From Octopus sinensis (Eukaryota): 64,000 bases of DNA. The notes beneath the pieces are model-generated. The model saw only the letters and a list, made by a program, of their open reading frames with translations. It ran no database searches and was not told the origin of the DNA. A program made the translations under genes and the position numbers. The DNA lies in NCBI RefSeq assembly GCF_006345805.1, contig NC_043021.1, positions 13,144,001 to 13,208,000 on the forward strand, read 5' to 3'. Positions 10,895 to 23,949 of the stretch are shown in pieces (position 1 is the first letter of the stretch; each line of letters starts with the position of its first letter).

Positions 10895-11758
10895 GGTTAT
10901 GATGACGTGGGTTCCAGTTGATCCGATCAACGGGACAGCCTGCTTATGAAATTAATGAACAAGTGGCTGAGCACTTCACAGGTATGTGTATCCTTAATGT
11001 ATTGGGTTGTCCGGAAAGTCCGTGCTGATTTATAGTAGCTTACCTTTCAACTTATTTTAGAACATGGCTGAGTCTGTAAAATAGGGTTTGACTACACCTC
11101 CATTTAGAGCACAGTTTAAGCTATCTTTTCGTGGAAGAAGGTTTATGTTCATATAACCTGTGTTAATTCTGTAACCCTTTAAAATGGAAGATAAGAAAGT
11201 TCATTTTCGGCACTTGATGCTTTGGGAACCAAGCAAAAATAACTGCAGCTCGGCTGGGATGTGTTACCCCACCCTCCATATTCACCAGATATTGCTCCTT
11301 TGGATTTCCACTTATTCAGGTGTCTGCAGAATAGTCTTAATGGTAAAAATTTCAATTCCTTGGATGACGTAAAAAGATACCTTGCTGAATTCTTTGCCAT
11401 GAAACCACCTCAATTCTGGGAAGAGGGTATTTTCAAGTTAAAGGAAAGATGGAGATGCATTGTGCAACAAAATGGTTCATATTTGGTTGATTAAAAATGT
11501 AATGGCAAGTATTTCCATTAAAAATTGGCACGAACTTTCCAGACAACCCAATAGTTCTCAAGGAGATTCAGTGTAACACAGGATGTGACAAGGGTGGCCC
11601 TTTGTAATACAGGTACTACTCGTTTAGGCCAGCTGAGTGGACTGGAACAATGTAATATAAAGTGTCTTGCTCAAGGACACAATGCATTGCCGGGAATTAA
11701 ACTCATGACCTTACGATTGTGAGCCGAATACCTTAACCACTGAATCACGTGCCTTCAC
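10895..11758 (-). mobile_element. SINE family D interrupted by a mariner
   Basis: tRNA-like head on the minus strand at about 11690-11758 plus 'gtgtccttgagcaagacacttta'. The sequence 'ccttaatgTA|gttctca' is split at the TA. Confidence 0.8.
11002..11551 (+). mobile_element. Internally deleted mariner with both TIRs and TA target duplication
   Basis: TIRs TTGGGTTGTCCGGAAAGTCCGTGC and GCACGAACTTTCCAGACAACCCAA. N-terminus MEDKKVHFRHLMLWE is joined to C-terminus LPHPPYSPDIAPLDFHLF...ERW..IV..NG.Y. Confidence 0.92.
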
Positions 11759-12169
11759 AGCAAGAAGACAGAAAATGAACAAGACGTATAAAGAGTAAAG
11801 GGTGTTTTGGCATGTTGGGTGTCCTCTTCACGAACTTCCTAAAACATGAAAATTTTGAAGGATACAGTGACCTGATAGTTAACAACTGACATGGGTAGTT
11901 TATTCCATATTTTGGTTACTCCGAGTTTAAAAAAAAAATGTTCCAAAAGCCATGGGTACTGTGCTATTTTTTTTTTTTTTTGAGATTATAATAAACATAT
12001 TCCATGGAAGGCATAGATACTAAATTCAAAAAGGCGGCCAAAGTTGTTGTTGAAAAGATACCAGATAATCTTATGGGTGTGTATCAAGTTAGCCACTCAA
12101 TGTCGAAGCTTTGATGTGCTGACGCCCAAAGAAACATGTTTAATATATGGTAAGTAACTAAGGTGAAGA

Positions 12170-12850
12170 GGTGGCCAAATTGTTAGCACACTGGGCAAAA
12201 TGCTTACCAGCATTTCATCTGACTTAACGTTCTGAGTTCAAATTTCACTGAGTTTGAACTTGCCTTTCATCTATTTTGGGTCGATAAAATAAAAAGTCAA
12301 TGTTACTGACTTACTCCTTCCCTAAATTTGCTGGCCCTGTACCAAAACTTGAAACTGTTATTAATGTTATTAAAGCTATAGATTTAAGGCAGTTAGCTGG
12401 CCAAATTGTTAGCATGCCAGGTAAAATGATTTGCAACATTTTGCCTGCCTTTACGTTCTGAGTTCAAATTTCACTGAGGTTTACCTTGCTTTTCATCCAT
12501 TCAGGGTCAATAAAATGAATACCAGTTGAATGTGCGGTTGATGTTACTAACTTAAACCTCCCCTAAAATTGCTGGCATAGTACCAAAATTTGAAACTGTT
12601 ATTAATGTTATTATTAAAACTATAGAGTTAAGGCAGTGAGCTGGCCAAATTGTTAGCATGCCAGGCAAAATGCTTAGCAGCATTTCTTCTGTTTCAACGT
12701 TCTGAGTTCAAATTTCACCAAGGTTGAACTTACCTTTCATCCATTTGGGGTCAATAAAATAAGTCCTAGTCGAATACTGGGGTTGATGTTACTGACTTAT
12801 CCCCTCCCCTAAAATTTCTGGCCCAGTGCCAAAATTTGAAGCCAATATAT
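12170..12850 (+). mobile_element. Three tandem diverged family B-related SINE units
   Basis: Units start 'ggccaaattgttagca' at about 12173, 12398 and 12643. Confidence 0.75.
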
Positions 12851-12859
12851 GGTAAGCAA

Positions 12860-12985
12860 TCAGCAGAGAGTATTCATCTGGTTGCATGTATTTGGAGAGC
12901 TTCCAATAGATCGATATTCTAAACATGCTGAGTGTTCCAGACCGGAGATGCAAACTGTAAGAACATATCAAGACCATGTTTTCTA
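12860..12985 (-). pseudogene. CR1/L2-like LINE RT C-terminal remnant
   Basis: Translation LQFASPVWNTQHV*NIDLLEALQIHATR resembles LEYASPVWNP..IDxLExVQRRATR. Confidence 0.5.
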
Positions 12986-13767
12986 ATACAGGCACAGGGT
13001 AACACATTCTGGGTAAGGGATACAGTAGGTTATATTGATCCTACCCAGTGCTTGACTGATCTTTAATTTTACTGATCCTGATCAGTAAAATTAAAGATCA
13101 GTTTTGCTAATGATTCTGCCAGCTCACAGCCATAATTCATTCAAATTCTGGCACAAGGCCAGCTGTTTTAGGGGGTGGGGTTAAATGGATTACATCAACC
13201 CCAGTGTTCAACTGGTACTTATTTTATTGACCCTGAAACAGTGAAAAGGTTAGTTAACCTCAGCAGAAGTTGAACTCAGAGCATAAAGATGGATGAAATC
13301 CTGCTAAGTATTTTAACCGACATACTTATGACTTTTTTGGCTTGCCACCTTAATAATAATAAGAAGAAGAAGAACCCTTTCTATTATAGGCACAAGGCCT
13401 GATATTTGGGGGAAGGGGATAGTCAGTTACATCGAGCCCCAGTGCTCGACTAGTACCTATTTCATTGACTCCCTGAAGGATGAAAGGAAAAGTTGACCTC
13501 AGCAGAATTTGAACTCACATAAAACCGTGGAGGAGGAGATTAGGGGATGGGTGACTTGATGAGGGAGGATGCCGGAAAGCAGGCAAATTGGTGTGAGAGC
13601 CGTTGCTGGAAGAGTGAGGTGTATCTGGCCACCCCTGTTAACAGGGAGAAACTTGGATTTAAAATATTGGAAATCAATTCATAAAAACAGATGGAAAACT
13701 GCTGAGCATTTTGTCCCGCATTCTAACGATTCAGTCAACTCACCGCCTTAATAACAATAATGAAAAT

Positions 13768-14139
13768 AGTAAAGATTGTTTGCCAACATAACATGGAAGC
13801 CCTGGTTTAGGACTAATGTTGCTGTAACTTAGCCCCAGGAGACATCGTCTCCAGCTGGCTATATGACACAATCTATGTTCTTATATTTTCGAACAAGGGG
13901 ATCTAGCACCCCCACTCAGCTCAAAGTTATTCTGTGCAGATGAAGAGAAATAACCCAGAAATCGTGATGCACAGATATTGTTTTGAGCTGAGTGGGGGTG
14001 CTAGATTCCCTTGTTCGAAAATATAAGGACACAGATCATGTCATATTGCCAGCTGGAGACGATATCTCCTGGGGCTAAATTACAGCAACATTAGTCCTAA
14101 ACCAGGACTGCCATGTTATGCTGGCAAACAGTCTTTACT
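13768..14139. mobile_element. Foldback/palindromic MITE-like element
   Basis: Arms of about 165 bp ('agtaaagattgtttgcc...gcacccccactcagctcaaa') are reverse complements around a short spacer. Confidence 0.8.
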
Positions 14140-14233
14140 CCAAAGTACTGTTGCAGAATATCTCACATTGTGATGATTTAAAAATAGTAATTTTCTAATA
14201 ACAAAAATAATTGTAATAAATAATTACAATTAG

Positions 14234-14638
14234 GCGCAGGAGTGGCTGTGTGGTAAGTAGCTTGCTAACCAACCACATGGTTCCGGGTTCAGTCTCACTG
14301 CATGGCATCTTGGGCAAGTGTCTTCTGCTATAGCCCCGGGCCGACCAATGCCTTGTGAGTGGATTTGGTAGACGGAAACTGAAAGAAGCCTGTCGTATAT
14401 ATATATATGTATGTGTGTGTATATGTTTGTGTGTGTGTGTTTGTCCCCCTAGCATTGCTTGACAACCGATGCTGGTGTGTTTACGTCCCCGTCACTTAGC
14501 GGTTCGGCAAAAGAGACCGATAGAATAAGTACTGGGCTTACAAAGAATAAGTCCCGGGGTCGATTTGCTCGACTAAAGGCGGTGCTCCAGCATGGCCGCA
14601 GTCAAATGACTGAAACAAGTAAAAGAGTAAAAGAGTAA
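14234..14638 (+). mobile_element. SINE family A, near-consensus full-length copy
   Basis: Intact A and B boxes, central microsatellite, and tail 'gtaaaagagtaaaagag'. Confidence 0.92.
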
Positions 14639-14759
14639 TTGCTATCCTGATTTTTCCTAATTTTGATATCAATTTAAAAATATAGTTTCTAATTTAGGTA
14701 CAAGGCCAGCGGTTTTGGTGCTTATAAGCTTAGTCAATTCCATCAACCCCCAACACTTG

Positions 14760-15620
14760 ACTGGGTGGTGGTGGTGGTGGTGATGACAATGACAATAAGG
14801 ATTGTGATGGTGTAAAAGAAGGAGACACGGAGGAGGAGGAGAAGCACGAGAATGAAGTGGAGGAATTATTTTATTGTTGTTGTTTGGTCAGGTGTGGTAA
14901 CGAGGAAGTAATGTGTTGGTAGTGAGATATGTGTCAAATATAATGGTACAAATGACGGCAACAATGATGAGGATGATGACAATGATAATTATGGTGGAGG
15001 AGGTGGTGGTGGTGGTGGTGGAGGTGACAGTGATGGTGCTGATAGTAGTGTTGGTGATGAAAAGATGATGATGATGATGATGGTGATGATAAAGATGATA
15101 ATGATCACGATGACAATGATGATGATGATGATAATAAGTATGATGATGATGATGATGGTGATGAAGATGATGATGTGGTGGTGGTGGTGGTGGTGGGGGT
15201 GGCAGTGGTGTTGAATGATAAATGAAGGAATAATAAAAAAAAAAAGTATGTAGAAAATGAAGATACTGATGCTGATGATGATAATGATGAAGTGACTGAA
15301 GAAGCAGAGAAGAGGAAGCTGTTCAAAGTGGGACGGTGGTGGTGGTGGTGGGCGAGGGATGGTGGTGGGGGCGTTAGAGGAAAGAGTGGCAGTGGCAGCA
15401 GAGTAGCAGAGTTGATGATGAGATGGCAGCAGGAAGAGGAAGGAGGAGGAGGAGAAGAAAGAAAAATAAAAGGGTTGGGGTATGAAGGTGGAAGGAGGTG
15501 GAGTGGGCTGGGTGGGGTGGGGGATGGAGAGATTGTAACAGGAACAAAGCAGCGGGTGGGGGTGGGAGTGCTAGAGTGGATGGATGGGGTGGGGGAGTAG
15601 GTGAAGGATGGGAGGGGGTG
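14760..15620. repeat. Low-complexity (GAT)n/(GGT)n/purine-rich region
   Basis: Visible trinucleotide runs. Confidence 0.9.
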
Positions 15621-15789
15621 TCATTGAAATGAAATAACGACAAAATAAAAACAGTTCAAACATTCTAATTGAAAGCAAACAACATGCAACCCTCATCAAC
15701 TCCACCTCGTCCCTCTGTCTGTCTCTCTTGTATTTTTCCCCTATCTGTGATCTCACACACACACACACACATGTGTGTGTATTGATTTC

Positions 15790-16235
15790 AAATTTTGGCA
15801 CAAGGCCAGAAATTTCGGGGTGCTGAGCGGGGTATAAGTCGATTACAGCCACCCCAGTGCTCAACTGGTACTTATTTTGTTGACCTCAAAGGATGAAAGG
15901 CAGAGTTGACCTCGGCAGAGTTGACCTCGGCAGAGTTGACCTCGGCAGAGTTGACCTCGGCAGAGTTGACCTCGGCAGAGTTGACCTCGGCAGAGTTGAT
16001 CTCGGCAGAATTTGAACTCAGAACATGCAACCGAACAAAATGCCGCTAAGCATTTTGCCTGGTTTGTTAACGATTGTGCTGGTGCCACATAAAGTAGTTG
16101 GTATTAGGAGGGGCATCCAGCCACAGGATCCACGCCAAAACAGACAACTGGGGGCCTAGTGCAGCCTCCTGGCTTGCCAGCTCCTGTCAAACTGTCCAAC
16201 CCATGCCAGCATGGAAAATGGACATTAAATGACAA
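15790..16235. mobile_element. Family B SINE (minus strand) with an internal 15-bp x7 tandem, abutting a family C fragment
   Basis: 'cagagttgacctcgg' repeated at 15901-16005. Confidence 0.8.
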
Positions 16236-16699
16236 TAATGAGTAGAATGACGATATATATATTGGGAGTGAAGGACCTCTAGTTCTTGTTAGAAGCTCCT
16301 TCTAGGAGACGGTAAACCCATATGAGATTCCTGCAGTCCAGTTGGTTTCTGGTCATCTCAACCTCTGTTGTGTCACTAGTTTTATAGCTGTTTGCACTGA
16401 AAATTGGTTCAGCACTGTGCAACACTTTACCCACTCAAAACAAATTCTTGCACAGGAACTTCTCGGACTCTGGGAACATTTACAAGTACTTTCTGAGTTT
16501 AGGAAGCTTATATAATTGGTCATGAGTTGATTTCCACCATGGAGATGCTTATTTCAAGAGCCTATTTTTTCCCCTTTTTTGCACATTCTTTTCATGTCTG
16601 CAAAACGTGTAAGAACTCACATCTCTGAGACTGGATGGCACAAGCACTGAAGGAAGATTATAATCAATGAAAAAAGACCCATAGAACTCTATGAACATA

Positions 16700-19069
16700 G
16701 ATGCTTTCAAACATGCTTATATTGACACTTATACACATGCAATACCATGCAACACATACACACAAATATCCTTTGACACACACACACACACACACACAGA
16801 TACATATACACACACACTTGCACATTTGTACATCCATACATTTGTACATCCATACATACACATATTTATGCATTTGTACATCCATACATACACATATTTA
16901 TGCATGCACAAAACGTATACAAAAACATCCTTCCGCATACATATATACTTTCACATACACATATGCATGCAAATACACACACACACATTTGCATACGCAT
17001 ACATACAATATTTTTTGTCATTCACAGATACATACTCATACACATTCACGCATGCGCACACATACATGCACACCTCACACACACACTGGCACTCCACCGG
17101 TTATGACAACAAGGGTTCCAGTTGATCCGATCAGTGAAACAGTCGGCTGATGGAAACAATATGCAAGTGGCTGAGTACTCCACAGACACACATACCTATT
17201 TCTTTACTGCCCACAAGGGGCTAAACACAGAGGGGACAAACAAGGACAGACATAGGTAGAAAGTCGATTACATTGACCCCAGTGCGTAACTGGTACTTAA
17301 TTTATCGACCCCGAAAGGATGAAAGGCAAAGTCGACCTCGGCGGAATTTGAACTCAGAACGTAACGGCAGATGAAATACGGCTATGCATTTCGCCCGGCG
17401 TGCTAACGTTTCTGCCAGCTCGCTGCCTTCTCCACAGACACGCACACCCTTAACGTAGTTCCCAGGGGGATTCAGTGTGACACAGAATATGATATGGCTG
17501 GCCCCTTTGAATTACACGTACAACTCATTTTTACCAGCTGAGTAGACTGGGACAACGTGAAATAAAGTGTCTTGCTCAAGGATACAACATGCTGCCAGGA
17601 ATTGAACTCATGCCCTTACGACTGTGAGCTGAATACCCTAACCATTAAGCCACGTGCCTTCGCTCACACTCACATACTCACTCGCACTTACATAACCATA
17701 CACACTTATTCCTCAACACACGCACTCTTGCCTATATTCTTTTACTTGTTTCAGTCATTTGACTGCAGCCACACTGGAGCACCACCTTTTTAGTCGAACA
17801 AATTGACCCCACTTATTCTTTGTAAGCCTAGTACTCATTCTGTTGGTCTCCTTTGCCGACCCGCTAAGTTACAGGGATGTAAACACACCAACATCGGTTG
17901 TTAAGCAATGGTGGGGGACACAGATACACAAACACACACATGCACACATACACATAAATATATTATATATACAACAGGCTTCTTTCAGTTTCCGTCTACT
18001 CACAAGGCTTTGGTTGGCCCAAGGCTATAGTAGAAGACACTTGCCCAAAGTGCCATGCAGTGGGGCTGAACCTGGAACCATGTGGTTGGTAAGCAAGATA
18101 CTTACCACACAGCCACTCCTGCACCTATATATACAAACTTCACACATAAATATATACACACTCACAAATACTCGCTCACATACACACACAGACACACACA
18201 TACATATATACACATTTCACATACACTGATGCATATACACTTATACACATATCCACTTACACACACACACACATATTTCATGCACACCCACACATACACA
18301 TACATTTTATACACAAACACACTTCACACACATGCTTACACTCACTCACCCATTCACATACACACATGCCACACAAACACACATATATACTCCCTTATAC
18401 ATATTCACACATACATACACACACAGAAAAGAAAATAACTTTATACATCCACACAAACGCACATACACATTTCACATGCATACATACACACACTTCTACT
18501 TGCACCCACCCACACACTCATACACACACATTCACTACACACACACACACACACACATTAACATACACAGACTTCACTTACACTCATGCATATACATTCA
18601 AGTACGTATTCATTTATACACACATGAACATACACATACTTCATGCACACTCACACACACGCATAAACACATACACTTTATACACTTCACACACATACTC
18701 ACTTCACACACATATACACTCGACACACATACACACTTGACACACATGACACACACACACACACTTGACATACTTACAAACTTTACACACATACACTTAC
18801 ACTCACTCATTCATACACACATGCCCCCAAACACACACATATACACTCATACATATTCACACACTTATACACAAAGAAAAGCAGATCAGTTTATACATCC
18901 ATACAAATGCATGTACACATTTCGCACACCACACACACACACACTTATATAGTTGCACACACTCACACACTCATACACACATTCACACACACAGACACAC
19001 ATACACATTCGTAAACTTACACACACACACTCATACAAACATTCACACACATACACACACAAACACAGA
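16700..19069. repeat. Degenerate (CA)n/(CATA)n region with nested SINEs: family D 17098-17660 containing family B 17198-17430, and family A 17735-18122
   Basis: The family B insertion is flanked by a duplicated 'ctccacagacac' of the host family D element. Confidence 0.8.
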
Positions 19070-19169
19070 NNNNNNNNNNNNNNNNNNNNNNNNNNNNNNN
19101 NNNNNNNNNNNNNNNNNNNNNNNNNNNNNNNNNNNNNNNNNNNNNNNNNNNNNNNNNNNNNNNNNNNNN
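19070..19169. other. Assembly gap (100 N)
   Basis: Run of exactly 100 n; the true size and contiguity across it are unknown. Confidence 0.99.
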
Positions 19170-19392
19170 TGGGAGTGGGCGGGTGGGGTGGGGGTATGGT
19201 AGATATTTGAGGGCATGGAGAGTGTGCAGATAATCATGTGAGGGAGACTGGAGGGGTTTGCAATGGGTGATGGGTGTGTGTGGGGAATTTGATAGAAGAC
19301 AGAATTATGTGTGTGGTGTGTGAGTGTGTGAGAGAGAGAGAGAGAGAGGCGAGGCATGACCGCAAAGGACATGCCTGCATATATGGATAACC

Positions 19393-20270
19393 ATGATCTT
19401 ATTTAGCTTGATGTGTCTTCTTCTCAAGCTCAGCAAATCATCAGAAGTCTCGGCCCCTTGTCCTCTCCTCAGTGGGGCTCAACATCTTAAAGATCATTTC
19501 TCACTACTACATCCCATGTCTTCCTGGATTGACCCCTTTCCACAGGTTCCCTCCACAATTGGAGATCGGCACTTCTTGATGCTGCTGTCCTCGTCCATAT
19601 GCATCACACGACCATACAAGCACAGTCTTCTCTCTTGTACACAACATCTGATACCCTTCACACCCAATTTCCCTCTTAAATCATTTACAATCTGTGGTAC
19701 ATGCTCACTGACATTACCCATCAAGCAGAGCATTGCTGGCTTCAGTTCTTTCAAGTCTTCGCATGTCTTCTTTAGTCAAAGCCCATGTTTCACTAACATG
19801 TAGCATAGTTGTACACACACAGACATCATACACTCTGTCTTTGACTTTGAAGGAGAGGCCCTTTGCTACTAACAAATGTAAGTAGCTCTTTGTCCTTTGC
19901 CCAGCCTGTTCTTATTCCAGCAACTATGCTTTCAGAGCTTCCTCCTTCATTGCTAACTTGGTTGCCTAGGTAACGGAAGCTATCTACTACTTCTAAGGAT
20001 CCCCCCAGACATTTGCGAAAGTCTATTTTCTGTATATTCTTAGTGTTTATTGTACCCACTTATCAGCCATACACAAAGACTACTTTCTCTGTTTGCTTTC
20101 CAGTGATACTTCTGCACTTCTTATGTGTCCATAACTTGCACTGGGTACACAGTATGGAGCTTCTACCATCATATTTTCTACATATCAAGCAGGGCCTTCC
20201 CCTAGAAGAGATTAGTAATTGGTCTCGTTTCCTACTTATGTATGTATGGTTGTCAGAAATACTTATTTGT
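19393..20270 (-). pseudogene. RTE-clade LINE reverse transcriptase fragment
   Basis: LEVVDSFRYLG, RTGWAK, GIRCCVQERRLCLYGRVMHMDEDS..KKCR..IVEGTCGKG; multiple stops and frameshifts. Confidence 0.8.
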
Positions 20271-20301
20271 TTGGCTTAGAAAATAAACAAAAATATCTCA
20301 A

Positions 20302-20474
20302 GGCACAGGAGTGGCTGTGTGGTAAGTAGCTTGCTTACCAACCACATGGTTCTGGGTTCAGTCTCACTGTGTGGTACCTTCGGCAAGTTTCTTCTACTAT
20401 AGCCTCAGGCCGACCAAAACTTTGTGAGTGGATTTGGTAGACGGAAACTGAAAGAAGCCCATCATATATATATT

Positions 20475-20535
<61 letters not shown>

Positions 20536-20755
20536 ATGTATATGTATGTGTGTGTGTTTGTCCCCCCATCATCGCTTGACAACCGATGTTTACATCCCCA
20601 TAACTAAGCAGTTTGGCAAAAGAGACCTATAGAATAAGTACTAGGCTTACAAAGAATAAGTCCTGGGGGTCGATTTGTTCGACTAAAAGGCGGTGCTCCA
20701 GCATGGCCACAGTCAAATGACTGAAACAAATAAAAGAATGAAAGAGAGTAAAAGA
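20302..20755 (+). mobile_element. SINE family A
   Basis: Head, microsatellite and tail all present. Confidence 0.88.
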
Positions 20756-20836
20756 GGAAAACATGCCGGGTTTATTCATAAATTTCTTACAAAACGGTGT
20801 TTTATTTTGGTTCTTAAAAAGCCTCTTCAAAGTGTG

Positions 20837-20873
<37 letters not shown>

Positions 20874-21104
20874 ATTTATTCCTTTCGGCTATTAAGAAGC
20901 CTCTTCAAAAGTTTGCTGATAGTCAAAACAAAACTGTATTTTGTAAAAAATGAAAAATAATTATGAATAAATCCCAAATGCCTCACCAGTTAAAAACACT
21001 TTGAGTCATTCTGAATGGTTGATTTCCTTGTCAAACAATTAGATATTTCTGATATACACATGTGTATGTAACTGTGTGTATACATTGTGACATTTTTAGG
21101 ATAA

Positions 21105-21135
21105 TGAAATTATTATTACTATTATTATTTTCATG

Positions 21136-21179
<44 letters not shown>

Positions 21180-22110
21180 CCTTATTATTATTATTATTAT
21201 TATTTTCATTATTATTATTATTATTTTCCATATATTATTATTATTATTATTATTATTTTCATTATTATTATTATTATTATTCAGTAGTTTTATTTTTATA
21301 GTGTGCTTTCACTTCACTACCAAGCACAGCTCTGTGTGCCTTGGGTATGTGCTGTGATTTGTTGTGATGCTCTGATGGTTATTGTATGGAAAGTGTTCTG
21401 CGTAGGATGTGTGCAGTGCCTAGTAGTGCAATTTTCTGTATGTTATATGTGTTTGTAAGTCCTGGTGTTTTTGTTATTATTTGTCTGAATATTTTTTTAT
21501 CATGCCTAATGCACCTACTATGATAGGAATTGTTTCTGTTTTTAGATTCCACATTCTGGTTACCTCTATTTCCAGTCTTTGTATTTTGAAAGTTTCTCCA
21601 TTTCTTTTAGAGACACATTGTCATCTGCCGGTATTGATACATCAATTAGAAAGCATTTTTTCTTCATGATCCTGACAACTATATCTGGACTGTTGGCCTT
21701 AATTTCTCTATCTGTGTGTATCAGCATATCCCAGAGTATGGTTGCTTTCTCGTTTTCTGTGACCTTTTCTGTTGTGTGCCTATACATCTTTTTCTGTTTT
21801 ATTCCATAATGTTGGCATAGCTTCCAGTGTATGTAGGTTCCAACTCTGTCATGTCTGTGAATATATTCCTTCTTAGCCAGGACTGGACAGCCAGAGATAA
21901 TATGATTTATTGTTTCTTGTCCATCTCTACATATTCTGCAGTTACTTGTTATATTTCTTTTCATTACATGTTTTTGGTAATTTCTGGTGGGGAGGCTTTG
22001 GTCTTGTGCTGCAATTAAAAATCCCTCTGTCTCTGCTTTGAGTCCTGAGCTTCTCAACCATTGCTGGGATTTTTCTTTGTCTATTTCTTTTGCATTTAGT
22101 TTAGTCTAGT
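21105..22110 (-). mobile_element. R4/Dong-type non-LTR retrotransposon 3' part with (TAA)n tract
   Basis: ORF 21566-22057 has ETEGFLIAAQDQ, the CCHC knuckle CRIC..ETINHIISGC, RHD, and a restriction-like endonuclease motif PDIVV..IDVSIP. A frameshifted C-terminus ..VGALG..LGTAHILR ends near 21380. The (ATT)n tract at 21105-21285 abuts the 3' end. Confidence 0.88.
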
Positions 22111-22660
22111 CCTTTTGGAGTTGATAAATTAAGTACCAGTTGAGTACTGGGGATGGATCGATGTAATCGACTAGCTCCCTCCCCCAAAATCTCAGGCCTT
22201 GTGCCTTTAGTAAAAAGGATTATTATTCTGAGGATTCACCTGTAATTTAAAAAGGTATTACAAAAGGAGAAAGGGGCTCTCTACACCCCCTTTTGACCAG
22301 GCTCCCGTTGACTTTTATGGGTTTTTTCCACCAGGAACCTTTCGTAACGCCTCCCCCTTTTTGGGAGATTTTCATTGTTATAATCTTCATTGTCAAACTG
22401 TTTTTTTACTCGACTTTACAAACGGACAAAACCCTTTGTAACCTTTCATCCTGTTTTGTCCCTTTATGTGATAATTAATTTTTGTCAGCCCTTGTGGCCA
22501 ATAAAAGAATTAATTATTATTATTACTATTATTATTAGAATTGTGCTTATTATTATTGTTTGTTTTCTTATATCTTTATCTGAAATCTGTATAAATGTGT
22601 GTGTGTGTGTGTGTCTTTATGTTCCTTTATGTTTTATTCATGTATTCAATGTATGTAGGC

Positions 22661-22692
<32 letters not shown>

Positions 22693-23479
22693 ATTATGTG
22701 TGCATATGTCCATGTGCATAGGTGTGCACATCTGTATTAGTCTGTTTATGAGTGTGTGTGTGTGTGTGAGTGTTTGTGTGTGTGTATTTGTCTATATGTT
22801 AACATCTATGTATGTGTGTGTAAGACGAAAAGAAAGACAGAAAGAAAGTTAGAGAGAGGCTTGAGGATGAGAGAGAGGGGTAGGAGGAGAGAAAGAGAGA
22901 GAGAGGGGGAGGATGAGAGAAAGAGAGAAGGGGGGAGAGAGATAAAAAGACAGAAGGAGAGGATATTCGGTGAAAAGAGAGTGAGACAAGGTGAGTGGCA
23001 GCAAAGTCAGAGGGCATCTATGAGGGGTGGAGGAGTGAGTGTAAGTATATGTGTGTGTGTGTGTGTGTGTGCATGTGTGTGTGTATGTTAGATGGAGAGA
23101 TAATATGCATGGAAAGGATGAAATGAGAGGAAGAGAGGGTGAGAAGCACGGAAGGGTCACTGAGTGTTGAGAGGATAAAAGAGAAAGGGAACTTTCCCAC
23201 GGGCCTTGAGAGGAATTGAATATGTCAGTTTGAGCGAGGGAAGAGGGAAGTTATTATTGATCCACAACAACAACAACAACAACAATAGCAACACCAACAC
23301 ATAGTAACAACAACAACAACAAAAGTATTTTGAACTGAACCCCGAGGTGGGGTGGGGGTGGAATAACATCTCCATGTGGTCACATGACTTGTTAGAAATA
23401 CCAGCCAAGTCATCTTTACATCACTCACTAGCTTCATTTTGGCTCAAAGTTCCATGATTATTATATATATGTCGTCATC

Positions 23480-23730
23480 ATCATCATCAGTTAACGTCCA
23501 TTGTCCATGCTGGCATGGGTTGGACAGTTTGACCAGGGCTGGTAAGCTGGAAGGCAGCACCAGATGTCCAGTCTGATTTGGCATCGTTTTTCTACAGCTG
23601 GATGCCCTTCCTAACACCAACCACTCTGAGGGTGTAATGGGTGCTTTTATGTGCCACTGGCATGGGTGCCATTTGCATGACACCAGTATCTGCCACGGCT
23701 GGGATTTTGCTCGGCTTGAGGATGTTGTTG
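23480..23730 (-). mobile_element. SINE family C
   Basis: (CAT)n followed by the reverse complement of the family C core. Confidence 0.8.
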
Positions 23731-23949
23731 TGGGTCATCTGGACTATAGGAAAAAGAGAGGAGGGACATGGCTGGAATGGCTTGAATAGGAGAGCTGCTC
23801 CAACAAGACTGACTTAGAATTACAGAACAACAGCAGCAGCAGCAGCAATGACAACAACAACGGCAACAGTAATAACAACGATGTAATGAATTCAAAGTTT
23901 AAAGTTATGGAGAATCAGAGAAATAATCAAATGAAGAACAGTTGATTGA

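Noticed and set aside
11975-12155. Possible internal exon (poly-T/AG acceptor, GTAAGT donor)
   Set aside because: All three frames contain stops between the two sites and no protein motif is recognisable. A UTR or non-coding exon cannot be excluded without RNA data.
14234-14310. SINE heads as functional tRNA genes
   Set aside because: They have A and B boxes but no complete cloverleaf, and they continue into multi-copy SINE bodies.
16260-16570. Possible L1/Tx1 LINE remnant on the minus strand
   Set aside because: No motif was clear enough by eye to support a call.
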